Source: Camelus dromedarius
Lineage: Eukaryota
NCBI RefSeq assembly: GCF_036321535.1
Contig: NC_087436.1
Coordinates: 10,602,001-10,666,000, forward strand
Direction of reading: 5' to 3'
DNA: 64,000 bases
Of this stretch, positions 1-11,699 are shown in pieces. The notes beneath the pieces are model-generated. The model made no database searches. It was not told where the DNA came from and was given only the letters and a program-made list of their open reading frames with translations. The translations under genes were made by a program, and so were the position numbers. Numbering within the stretch: the first letter of the stretch is position 1; each line of letters opens with the position of its first letter.

Positions 1-957
1 CAGACCCTGCTAAAGGCCTTATTGTCCTCTTCATAGTTATAGAATCTGGAGAAAATAAATGGTTAATCCAAATTTCTACCCTTTAATTTAAAAAACAAAA
101 AAGACCAAAAAAAAAAAAAATTATATCCAGTCTCTCCGCAGAGTGAATTCTCAAAATAGATTAACCTTTAAAGAGTCCGTTTTTCTCCTATGATCATTTC
201 TTCTTCATTAGGGTATTTGGTATTTTGTTTTTCAAAGGACAGAATGTTCTTTGCTTTTCTTTTGCTAAATTTATTTTATTTTATTTTATTTTTAGAATTT
301 TCTTTAGTTTAGACCCATGCACTTGATAGTTTCCAGACAGTGTGAATATATCGTATCTCCCACTGTCCTCTATGTTTCTTCACCCCCGCCCCAGAGAAGA
401 AGAATTCAGAAAATGTGTAGTTTTTACACATCTTCAGGCACTGCTTGTGAGTTCAAAGGCGTCCCTAACCACCCAGGAGAGTTTCAAAGAAAGTTTCTGG
501 CTACAATTCGTCTCTAACTAGCTTTGTATTTCATGCCAATCATGCCATTTCTATATGATGTCCCGATTTGTTTAAACTCAGGACACAGAGTGAAAAAGGT
601 AATACTCTCATTGGCAATTAAGCCCCAAATAATCAAATATTACTTTAAAAAAAAACTTTAAATATTTACTGAAATGAATATTTTGATGTACTTGCAAGTT
701 TAGTCTAACATTCCAGCCTAAATCTGCCACCCCTCTGGGCTCTGGCAGGCGGCTGTCACCTCCACCAGCCCTCAGGCTCCCCCGGGGGATCTCACCCCAC
801 GTGGATACCTGCACCCTGGATTCAGGCTCAGGAGGGGAAGCGTGGGGCAGACATTTCTGTAAAATATCACAGATAATCCCAACAGAAACCAACTTCGAGA
901 ACCCCTGTGGGAGAGCAATAAAAATAACCTTAGAACAATAAGCTGATTAAAACTTAC

Positions 958-975
958 CTCATGACAGATCTCTTG
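958..975 (-). other. Candidate 18-nt microexon (CAAGAGATCTGTCATGAG)
   Basis: Minus strand reads gactaagtaactc-T18-gctattttaaag|CAAGAGATCTGTCATGAG|gtaagt: branch-point-like motifs, long poly-U tract with a UGC, AG acceptor, consensus GAG|gtaagt donor; length divisible by 3. Confidence 0.6.
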
Positions 976-1841
976 CTTTAAAATAGCAAAAAAAAAAAAA
1001 AAAAAGAGTTACTTAGTCCTAACCTGGGTATTCGTTCATCACCATTCTGAGTTTACAAAGTGTATCTGTGAAATACAGACACTTTCATGAAGGGACCAAA
1101 AGCCAAACTCTCCCCGAAATGCCATGTCCCAAGTCAAACAGTTAATGCTTAAACATTCCTGTGGCTCAAGGATCACCTCTGTGACCGGTAACTGCGAGGC
1201 AGGCATTTCCCTACTTTAAAAATAGCTGTTGATCCTTCTATCTAAAACAATTGTCTTAATTAAAGGAAGGTTGGGAATCAAGTCTATAAACTTAATAGTG
1301 CGTGACAAATACTAAAATGCAAATTATGAATCTGTTTAGAAAAGTAGTTATCGTCTGTGTTTACATCCATGAAAACGTCCATCAAAAGCTAAGGCAGCTT
1401 TCCAGATGATTTAGACTTAAAGACTTTTGCTTAAAATATTCATTGAAGTTACGGGAAAGGAGATGTTTAGCTTGAATTAACTGAAAGGCTGCCTTAATCC
1501 TTTACCTCATTATGCGTGAGCAGTTATCCTTTGTTTACTCTGAGGTTTTTTTTAAAAAAATCAGATTTGAATTTCAAGTTAATTTGATTTATGTGGTTGA
1601 GTTATTTCAATTAGCTTTCTTTTATCTTAAAATTTAGAACGTAAATTGAATTTCAGGAAAAAAATTTCATCAAGCATTTTACTCACTAAAGAGTTTAGTT
1701 GTTATTTACATAATAAACAAGGTTTATTATGTCTTTTCAACTAAATGCTTCATAATAACAAGAGATATGAATAGCCATTTGTATTTCACACCAATCATGC
1801 CATTTCTATATGATGCTCCGATTTGTTTAGTAAACACTCAC

Positions 1842-1874
1842 CTAGGACTATGTTAGGCCTTGTCGCAGAGTGAG
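1842..1874 (-). other. Candidate 33-nt exon (phase 1 reads xHSATRPNIVL)
   Basis: Minus strand ttcctgacacaatttgcatattttgaaag|CTCACTCTGCGACAAGGCCTAACATAGTCCTAG|gtgagt; only the phase-1 frame is stop-free. Confidence 0.45.
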
Positions 1875-2439
1875 CTTTCAAAATATGCAAATTGTGTCAG
1901 GAAAAAAACGCTTTGAACACCCTGTGAGTTCTACTTCTGTACAACCTGGGGACACCGGCACCTTCACCAGCTGAGGTCAAGGGCACGTGTATCTAACCTT
2001 TTCCTCAGGCAGCTTCCAAAGTGCTCTGCGAGTCAGAAGCAGGAAGTCTCGCTGGAATGACTCCCTGAGAAACAATCCAAAGCTCAGAAGAATGGAAGGG
2101 AATGCACTTCTCCTGTGGGAGGACAGCCCATCTTGTGCAGTAATTAAACCCAATGGAATAAACAAAAGCGATGCACTCAACAGCTGAGCGCCACCAGACA
2201 CTGGCCTGGGTGTCAGAAAAGACCCCTGAATTCTGGAATTGCTAAGCTAACTTGTTTCTATGTATACGATCACAAGATGTGATCCGGATTTCCAAACTCG
2301 AGTTTTGTTGATACTATTGACTGTAGGTACTGTTGAAACCATCCCGGAATAGTCGCTCTCCACCCAAATACCATTATACGCCCATGGATAGGTGACATTT
2401 GTTGTGTCCATCTTTGGCTTCCAAGCCCTGGCTCTGTGA

Positions 2440-2585
2440 GCAGGACCTGAATTCCTGACTCTGGCTCATCACTTTGGGATCTGCAGTGGTAGCACTAGGA
2501 CCTCAGTCTTTCCGGAGAGATTCTGATTTGGTGCTTCTTGCTCTCAGCCCTCAGTTGTCTCCAGTTTAAAAGGAAAATAAAATGA
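2440..2585 (+). mobile_element. MIR SINE fragment
   Basis: Degenerate MIR core (ctctcagccctcagttgtctccagtttaaaagg) preceded by gaattcctgactctg. Confidence 0.45.
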
Positions 2586-2764
2586 AATGCACATTTGATC
2601 CTCTGCTCTAAAGCCTACCTCAGTTTTTGCCAGCTTCAAGAACCAAAATTGGCTCTAAAGGGTTTATTAATTTTGATCATATTGGAGCAAGGAAAGAAAC
2701 ACAGTATGAGGCAAAGATAAGGAACCAAATAAACATCCGTTAATGCCTTCACACTGGAGAAACT

Positions 2765-3400
2765 GATCATTCAATTCAACAAACATTTATCTTTGAGTGT
2801 CTTCTGTGTTTTCTGAACCAGGCTGGGAATTAAGGGACATGAGGTAATGAATAAAATTATGTGGGACAATCTCAGTTGTCAAGGAGTTTGCTCTGTCATT
2901 AGGGAGGCAGGACTTCCACAGGGAAGTCAGTTTAAAAAATATATGGTACAAAGCAATCAGTATTTGAAACATAATATAGGACACTGAATGTAAGGGTCAA
3001 AGAAAGTTTGAGCACCAGGAAATCATTGTAAACAGTTCATTTTAAGGAAGAATTGGGGTTGGGGTGGGGCTTAGTGGACATAAGATGACTGAGTCACTTC
3101 AAGGCTTAGCGATGAGTGTGAAATTGGCACGTGTGAGTTCAGGACACTCTTTACAAAACCACAGAAAATTTGTTTAAGGTGTTCATGTGGTTCAGGCCAT
3201 GGGTGGCCATTTGAATGTGACACTGACTGAAACCTGCGAGGGGAAAGAAAAGATACAGGGCCAAAGGCCTTGGAGGAAAGGAAAGTCTATGTAAAGTGGT
3301 ATCAAAGTGACAAACGCATTGACAGAGGGTGTGAAAGTAACAAAGATAAGAACTTAAAGTGAGTTCTGGAAATGGAAACAAGGCATTCTGAGCTGGGGAA
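2765..3400 (-). mobile_element. L2 LINE 3' fragment
   Basis: cattcaattcaacaaacattt...gagtgtcttctgtgt...ccagg is the reverse complement of the L2 3' tail; right boundary approximate. Confidence 0.6.
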
Positions 3401-4962
3401 AGGATACTTCATAACACATCCCTATTGAACAGGAGCAAACCTGCATCGGATGGGTTTTCAAGGAACCGTTGCACAAGGCACTAGATGGCTGCTGTCACGG
3501 GTCATCAGGAAGAACGGATGAGCAAAGCAGCACTGCACACAGACTTAGCGATCACTGGTGAAAGAGGACGACAAAGAACCTTGGGCTGAAAAGCTGTGTT
3601 TACTGTGGGAAATGCTGGACCATATGCTTATGTAGAAGTATCTCGAGTTAGGGGAAAATTCAAACTAGCAAAATAAGGTCAACAGGAATAATGAGAGGAA
3701 AAAAACAGAGCAGAAAAATAATTAAAATTTCTCATTCTGGGTTTATAAAAAGTATGCAGCATAATGAAATATTCCTAAAATGGTGTGTTTTTCTGTGTTT
3801 CGTCTGATGGTTCGAATTCACTTGTGATTATACTTGGTAGATACAAGTGTCTTTTGTAATTAGGAGAACATCCATTGGTTGTTGACATTCTGTCCCTGAA
3901 GACCTTACAGAAGCAACTGGACGATCAGCTTACAGCATTGAAGACAGGATGATGGCTCAGATGAACCCTCAGGGTCCTTGATTTTATTCTCTGGAAAGTT
4001 TTGGTCCTAATTTTGGACACATCTATTCTCTGAGGTTGAAGCAGATTACAGTGAAGCCAAGGAATTTATTTCAGTCTTTTGGAGAACCAATAGCAATCCA
4101 CACGGTCACATAAAATGTGTGGTAAATACTGCAGGCACTGAAACAGTCAGCTGTACTAATTTGCATTTTTATATGTGCTCATGACAAAGGAGCAGCTTCA
4201 GGAACAGAATCTCGTTATTAATTTCATAGGACTAATCTTTGCTCTTTCTAATTTGCTGAGGGAAAGACAAAAAGATCCTTTTGTGCAATTAGCAAAAAAA
4301 TGACATGTCAGAAATAATCAAAATTCTAAAGAACAGAAGGATATATTAATATTTGCTTAGCTTTGTGGACATAGTTTAGGATTAAATAAAGGCGAGTTTT
4401 TAATGTTCTGTTTTCCGTTCTCGGCCAGACAAATGGAATTAAAATTTTTTGTTTAAAAACCAAGATTTATTTTGGCAAGTAAAGTTAAACAGCCTTGCTC
4501 TCCAAGGATATAAATCTACAAGTTAATCTTTGCTGATGTTCTTAATAACTTTCAAAACATTAGTATATCTGGTTGAACAAGGCAAAAATCAGAAAAAAAA
4601 AATCTATTAGGGAAAATATCTACTTTTTTCACATATCTTCAGAAAGTGGGAAGCAATCATCCCAAAGGATGGATTGACGTCTATGGGGAAGTTGGAGTAA
4701 TGGTAGGTCTTCAAGTGACTTGTTGCTTCAGAACCTGCCCGCTCCCAGGTCTTGGAGGGATAGGGTAGGGGTTCATTTTCCCACGGAGCAGTGATCCCCC
4801 TCTGTCCATATTCTGAAACCTCACTGTCAGCATCACCAGGATCTCAGGAATCCCAGCCTGCTCAGAGCCCAGCAGGAAGGCTCCTTCCATGACTTAAGGA
4901 AAGAAACAGTAGTTTCTTCTCATTCGTGTCAAAACTCTGACCTAATGCATCAGAAAACTTAC

Positions 4963-5023
4963 AAGCAAATTTAATTAAGCCCTTCTAGTATGGTTGTAAT
5001 GCAAAGAACTGACCCTGACATCC
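4963..5023 (-). other. Candidate 61-nt exon-like segment
   Basis: U/UG-rich tract ending gtcttaattag| ... CTT|gtaagt; all three frames contain a stop. Confidence 0.3.
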
Positions 5024-5367
5024 CTAATTAAGACAACACACACTCACAAGCACACGCACAAAAACGCAAGACAAAAAAATTTTATCTCAACAACGTGAAA
5101 GGAAGATAATTTACTTCAGAAAAGTGTAGTACAACACATGCTCTCATGAAGATAAAGAGGCTGATGGTGAAGGCACCATGAAATATTTAAAATAAAAGAA
5201 GATGGTTTCATGACTTTTGGGCAGGGAAATAACAAATGTAGAAATAAACCTATCTACAGACATATAATAAAGTTATACACATCTATCGGAATATATATTT
5301 TAAATATACAAACTTAGCAAAATAATCATTGTAAATAGGAAACAAACAAGCAAAAAGAAAGCACCCT

Positions 5368-5480
5368 CCCATTTTATAGATGACCAGATCAAGTCCCAGT
5401 AGTAGACTAAATGCTCTGACATGTTTGAAGACTAGTTTGGAGGCAGAGTTAGTGTAGAACAGTTTTCTGAGTCACAGAGA
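5368..5480 (-). mobile_element. MIR SINE fragment
   Basis: cccattttatagatga... reverse-complement MIR core. Confidence 0.5.
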
Positions 5481-5652
5481 CCCCTGTCCCTTCACCGCGA
5501 TCTGGTCCAAACTACTGAGTGCAAAGCTTAGATGTGCTTTAAGTAAAAACAAGCTACATCATAAATACATTTAGGTACATAATGCACTTATTTTTTTTTT
5601 CACTGTTAGCTGTTCTAAGAGAAATACATTTTATGGTATATTGATGAATTAC

Positions 5653-5703
5653 CTGCATCTCCACTTTGGCAAGTTCATTTCACTGAAAGTTTTTTAAAAT
5701 TGC
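5653..5703 (-). other. Candidate 51-nt exon (phase 0 reads AILKNFQ*NELAKVEMQ)
   Basis: Strong acceptor ttttctgcctttcag|G and donor CAG|gtaatt; length divisible by 3; one internal TGA in phase 0. Confidence 0.45.
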
Positions 5704-6015
5704 CTGAAAGGCAGAAAATATGCTACCTCCAATAACAAGTTACCACTAATTTCCCAGCTTTTTCACCTTATGGATTTGGTTTTCTATTCAAAATAACAGA
5801 ATCTAAGAAATAACAGGGTTTAACTCCCATTGAGCAATGTATTTTATAGGAGCACTGAGTGTGCAGAACTCTCTCTTGATCTTCTTGAGAATACAATGAC
5901 TTATTCTACTTTTTTTTAAACCAGCAGGCATATTCCTTGCAGACTTTTAGAAATAAGACATGGAATACCATTAGAATTTAATAAAAACTTCTTTTCAATG
6001 AGCTATTCTACTGTA

Positions 6016-6427
6016 TGTTATGGATTGAATTATGGCTCCTTCAAAATATATGTGGGAGTTGTAGCCCTCAGTACTTCAGAATATGGTTTTATTTGGAGAA
6101 AGGGTCTTTCCAGATGTAATCAATTGAAAATGAGTGTGGGCCCTAATCCAGCACAACGGGTGTCCTCAAAAAAGGGAAACTTTGGCCCAGAGATGCACAT
6201 GCACGTAGGGAGATGCCGTGTGGAGTTCGGAGCTACGTACTGCAAGCCTGGGAGCCACCAAAAGCCTGCGTCTGTCACGGTGCTCTTCCGGGGAGGGGCG
6301 GGGGAGGGCTTGGCTGACACCTCGATCTTTGACTCGCAGCTTCCAGAACTGTGAGACAATAAACGTTTATTGTCTAAGCCACTCAGGTTTTGGTACTTAG
6401 TTATTGCAGCCCCAGGAAACTAACTGA
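6016..6427 (+). mobile_element. MLT1 (MaLR) solo LTR, MLT1B/C-like
   Basis: Starts tgttatggattgaatt...; contains ccagaactgtgagacaataaa...taagccac...gcagccccaggaaactaa, the typical MLT1 3' end. Confidence 0.85.
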
Positions 6428-6962
6428 CTCCTGCGACAGGACCTCTGAGTCATGTTTACGATTAACCCTGTTCTAACAGTGAGTAAGTGATGCGCTTTTA
6501 CTGAGCTGCTAAAAATAACTGGGCTGAGCCCCCAGGTGAAAAATGTGTTTTAAGATGCTGTTGAGTACACAAAACTCTCTCTCGATCCTTTTTGAGAACA
6601 AAGTTGCTTATTCCTGTTTTTCAAACCAGCAAGTGTATTCCTTGCAGACTTGTGGAAATAAGTAAATGAAATGAGAAATGAGCTACTCATTCACTGTGAG
6701 GTAACCAATACCATAGTCCAAGAGGAGAGAAACTGTACTAAATGCACAAAATACTCTCTTTGCCTATAATACTGTCATTTTTTAAATGTTATGCTCTAAA
6801 TTGTTTTCTGGTATAAATGAAAATATTATATTGACATTTTAATTTGCCATTATAAAAAATAATATCCCTAATGGATAACAAGGAACAACTGAAATCTTAA
6901 CTCCCTAGTGGTTGCTTATATAAGTTTTTTGATAAGTTAACACAATTTTGGCTAAACATTAC

Positions 6963-7003
6963 CTACTCCATATTGAGACAGCTGAGCTAGGTCTGATCTC
7001 CTT
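6963..7003 (-). other. Candidate 41-nt exon-like segment
   Basis: Acceptor ttcttttcctccttcctag| and donor TAG|gtaatg; phase 0 reads KEIRPSSAVSIWS. Confidence 0.35.
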
Positions 7004-7162
7004 CTAGGAAGGAGGAAAAGAATGTTCAACAGGATAAATGTATGTTTCTACCTTTCAAATACTAACTAACAGCATTAGTAAAAGCACTCAGATATCCTTG
7101 TTTTTAATTCCATATAATAGACTGTACTCCTCATCAAATCTAGTGGCTTTTTTCCTTCAAAT

Positions 7163-7714
7163 TGTTACCCTAAAAGGGAAAGGGGAAAGACCCCAGTTCT
7201 TGTCATACCCGAAAGAGGAGAATTCAGATGGGAGATGAAGCATTGTGTGGTGAAAGATTTTAAAGGATTGATTAGTAAAGGGAAAGCACCCCTCCAAGAA
7301 TGGGAGGCGGGCTGATCCAAGGGCTGATAGCAATGGTCTTTGTTTGCCCCCTTCTCTTATACCCTCGCTTAGATGGGGTCTCTTGATTGATTGACAGCTC
7401 TTGCCCCTGGAGTGCTCCGTCATGCTCGTCCCCATTTGTGCATGTCCTCACCCATGATGCACACAGGAAAGCCCGTGGGGCGGCCTGAACTGCAGTGCTA
7501 CTTATATTACAGTGAGCACTGGGTCATGTCCGGGTAGGTCCCTTCGGCTACCACACAGTTGTGGCTGTCAGGTTCTAACAGTTTTCTGGCTGGCACTCAT
7601 TTAGAAGAACTAAAGCCCCTTTATGCTGGTGGTGGGCGTAATGCCATCTTCCGGACCCTCCTCCCTCTCCTCCACCTGTCTACCCGGTGACCCCACTTAT
7701 CTAACTACGTAACA
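7163..7714 (-). mobile_element. ERV1-class solo LTR
   Basis: Inverted termini TGTTA...TAACA with a 4-bp target-site duplication AAAT (7159-7162 and 7715-7718); 4-bp TSDs are typical of ERV1. Confidence 0.8.
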
Positions 7715-8584
7715 AAATTAGAAACACTTTTTGGTGAGAGGCACATAACAAGTGTAAAAAATTAGAAAGCAATTAAGTGAAAACTGAGCATCAAGAAAGA
7801 CTTAGATAGCTGGGACAATGGAAATGATATTCCGAGGTGGAGGGTCTAGGTTTCCATATCAGGCAGGTGTATTCAACAGGAGAACAGTCCACATGAGAGG
7901 CATGAATAGGGGAGCCCATGGGACACGACGCTTGAAGTGTGAGGCTGACAGAGGGCCAGGCAAAAGCAGAGGGTCCTGGGGATGGAGTCTTAGCAGAAGA
8001 GCAGAGTTTACTGAGCCCTAAGAGGGCATATCTTTTTAGGAAACGAGGGTGACCGTCAGCAAGAGTCGAAACGTCGGTCAGATGGTAACAGTGGCATCAA
8101 GTCCTAGGGAAGCAGCTCAGGATAGAAGAGGAGGCCAAGGATGATGCAGCAAGAGCCAAGGGTGGAAAAAAGCAGTTTACAAAGTAGCCTGCGGACAAAG
8201 AGTACACACCAGCGTCTGCATTGTGTTTGCTGCCTTGTGTGTGGTTAGGGGCTGGAAGAGGCTAGAAAAAAGCATGGGAGGGATGCTAAACGGCTGAACT
8301 CACGTCTCCAGCCATGTGTATTTTGAAATAATGGAACATGCATTCCATGCCTTGAATACAGTCTAGCAGTTAAAGGTCCACCTGAGTCAGTGCACGAAGG
8401 AGACAGGACAGCCAGGCTACTTTCTTTTTCTATAGTTTAGGAACAAACTTTATTGTTCAACCACTTCCTGGGACGATTAAGGAATAAATTAAAAACTCTC
8501 TTTAAAGGCTGGATCCAGGAACTTCTGAAGTACCTTTTAACTTGAGGATTCTGTGATATTAGATTTTGTGTTTATCCTTCGTAC

Positions 8585-8690
8585 CTAAGATTGTTCCTTG
8601 TATAAAGATAGTAACGTTATGAAGCCATATATTTTAAGAGAGGGGAGTTCAACGTAAGTAGAAAGAGCGTCTGTGGCTGTTGATGACTTG
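8585..8690 (-). other. Candidate 106-nt exon-like segment
   Basis: Acceptor tttattctgctcgttttttatag| and donor TAG|gtacga; phase-2 frame open until its last codon (KSSTATDALSTYVELPSLKIYGFITLLSLYKEQS*). Confidence 0.3.
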
Positions 8691-9020
8691 CTATAAAAAA
8701 CGAGCAGAATAAATAGAGGAGAAAAGCCCAGAGGAGAAGAGGTGTTAGGTCTTCTCACAGAAGATTTAAATCATCAGCTGGTGGCAACAATGTAAAGAAT
8801 TTCCCAGTCTAGTTATTGACCACCTTGCTTGCCAATGATACATTCCTTATCTACAAATTTAACGTGGCTAAAACACACATACACACGGATTCTATATGTA
8901 AAAGGTCTAAAAGGAGGCATAAATAATAGAATAGATTCCTAATATAGTTAACTTAGAAATATGAAGGATTTTTTAAAGATATTACTATAAAAATTCATAA
9001 AGAAAAGACATTCAATTAAA

Positions 9021-10637
9021 AAGTAGTTTCATTTTAGAAAACAAGCTTAATTTACTCCCCTAAGAGCTCTGCATACACATAGAGAGAAATCAGTTAAAAG
9101 ACTGTAAGTTGTAAAATATATGAACTATAAAATATTTGAAAACGAGGTATTAAATATTTCAGAGTACTAATGTAACTACTTTTTAAGATGAATAAATCAA
9201 AAGCTTTATCAGATGTATATTCTGATATATATTCTACCATTTTTGTAGGATGCTCTCTACATTCACGATTAGTTCTCCAAAATCTGACAAATAAGAGCTC
9301 TATAATAATCATTCAAATACTCTATTTTTAACAGCATTAATAAACATCTCAAGTTTTCAACTTTCTACAGCAGAAAAGTTCTGTTGTTTTCATTTTTCAG
9401 TTAAATAGCATTAATTATTAACATGAGTTCCTTTGTAACACAAATAAATGAAACAAGGCGTGTCAACTTCTTGGCACGTGGTCTATCATGGAGGAAGCAC
9501 TAGTGTTTAAACCACAGAAGGTGTACTTATGTTCAAAAGAATAGTGAAGATTAGATAGTTTTTTTTTTTTAATTATGTGTGTTTCTTCAAACTCTACCTA
9601 AGAAAGAAGTATTCAAACACACAGTAAAATCTAATATTTTATACATAAAGGGAATTAATTCTACTTGCTGATTACATATAAATATGTATGCTAAATTGAA
9701 TAGAACTCTTTAAGATTGTTAAAAAATATCATACACCTTGACCCAAACTGTAGTTTTTATACAATATAACTTTTCATGATCAGAGGGTTGGATTATTATA
9801 AATATGAGTTATTACATTGCAGAAAATAGTAATGATGAATGAATGATGAAAACAGTAATTACTATTTGTTGAGCCATCTACAATCTGCCCATTAATGTAC
9901 ACATATGTACTATACTATATACATTACCTAGTTTGGCTCTCACCTTAAGCTTTCTAGGAAGAATGATTGCCTCCACTTAATAGAGAAGGGAAGGGAGGTT
10001 CTAGGAGGTGTATGACCTGCCCAGGTTCCTACATATGGTCCATGCAGACTTAAGATTAAATACAACTCTTCCTGACCCCAAATACCTTTAACACGACGTG
10101 TTAATAGAGAGCACTGATTGATGGGATGCAAAACAAACACGATATTGATCATGGGGGCTCCAGTCAGATTCAACATGGTGCCCTGATCATGCCATCCTTG
10201 GAGTCCACACCACAAAGCCAGTCAGTGAAGGTTCTTAAAGCTTTAGGAACAATGACCTCCAGCTCAAGGCACTCTATAAGAACATCTCGCTTTCCTGGTA
10301 TAGTAGGCAAAATGGATATATCCATTACAAGCTCCTTAACTGTTCAGCCATTTCCTCAAGAATGTGGAGTCAATAAAGTACTAACGGGTCAAAAATCTAG
10401 AAAATTCACTTTCAAAAGGTGGAAAAAGTAATTGAAACATAGAGGTTCTAAACTATTTTTTATGCCAGATTATGAATCATTGAACTGAAAAGATACGTGT
10501 TTGGCAAGACACGATTTCCTGAAAAGTTCCACAGATGGTAGTTGCCCTGGATGCCAGACAATCGTAAGAAGTAGTTACATTTTAGAAAACAAACTTAATT
10601 TACTCCCCTAAGAGCTCTGCATACACACAGAGAGAAA
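9021..10637. repeat. 69-bp direct repeat pair (9021-9089 and 10569-10637)
   Basis: Direct alignment gives 66/69 identity (aagtagtt..ctcccctaagagctctgcatacaca.agagagaaa). Confidence 0.95.
9840..10085 (-). mobile_element. MIR SINE
   Basis: tatttgttgagc...ccacttaatagagaagggaagggagg...tgacctgcccagg...cttcctgacccca follows the reverse MIR layout. Confidence 0.6.
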
Positions 10638-11699
10638 GAAACTCAACAACTTTATCTAAACTACTAAACAGAATAAATTGGATTATTTGGGTTGTATATC
10701 TACTGATACAATTACTGAGTTGGATAGAATTTCATAATTATCTATAGTCCCTGTGGAGTCCACTGAGGAAGAAAGAACACTTGAGAAGAATATTAAGAAG
10801 TACTTATTCCCTGACCACACAATGGACAAATATCTGTAATTGGTCTGGAAAAAAAATGCAATCCGAATGATGATTCTATTATGACCATTTTACATAATTT
10901 AAAATTTGATATAATTCCTTCATAGAATAATAACTACTTAAGAAAATCTTTACTCTTATATAGAACAGCATCAATATAATAAAACAATAAAAACATAAAT
11001 CTCTGTTTAGAATTTTAAAATTCACTGGCGATTTTTCATTTGTTGTTATAGCACCTATAATTGTCCAAGGATCATTTTTCTAAAAGTAGCTACCGTTAGC
11101 AAATGAACAAGACATGAAAGAGTGATGACCAGTTAGTTCATATTTGAATTATCACATTAAATTTCCATTTAACAACAGAAAGTTCCATGCATCTGCAATC
11201 ATACTGTTCAGTAACCTACTTTTCTTAAAGAAAAGACTAATAATTATTATTATTCCTTATCACCTTAAAACAAAGACAACCATTGCCTGCTATGTGCATC
11301 TACATGAGATGAATATTAGGAAAACATTTAATAACTTCATTTGAGGCCAGGACATAAGGAATGAAAAAGCACATGGTTCAGATTATATAATATGTATGAA
11401 GCACATAGATCATGACACATTCTAAACACTCAAAAGAGTTGTTACAAACACCCAGGAACAGAGTGGAAATCACAGAATCAGGTATACAAGAGTCTAAGGA
11501 AGGGAGTAGCATAAAGTTCAAAGTGTAGTGGGAAGGCTTCCTTCTCAGTTGCTCTGAGACCTTCTCTCCTACTATAGACAACTATATACAATTGTAAAGA
11601 AATATAAAACTGGGGAAAATGTGTTACACAAATGTTCCCAGGCAACAGACAACCAAGCAACCCAGACCCATGAATTTTTAAAAAAGGAAACCATGAGAT

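Noticed and set aside
608..892. 94-aa minus-strand ORF as a coding last exon
   Set aside because: No recognisable domain; only its acceptor at 856/857 is retained as part of the exon-chain hypothesis.
2619..2654. 36-nt minus-strand segment with GAG|gtaggc donor
   Set aside because: Short pyrimidine tract, and stops in the phase needed to fit its neighbours; likely a pseudo-exon.
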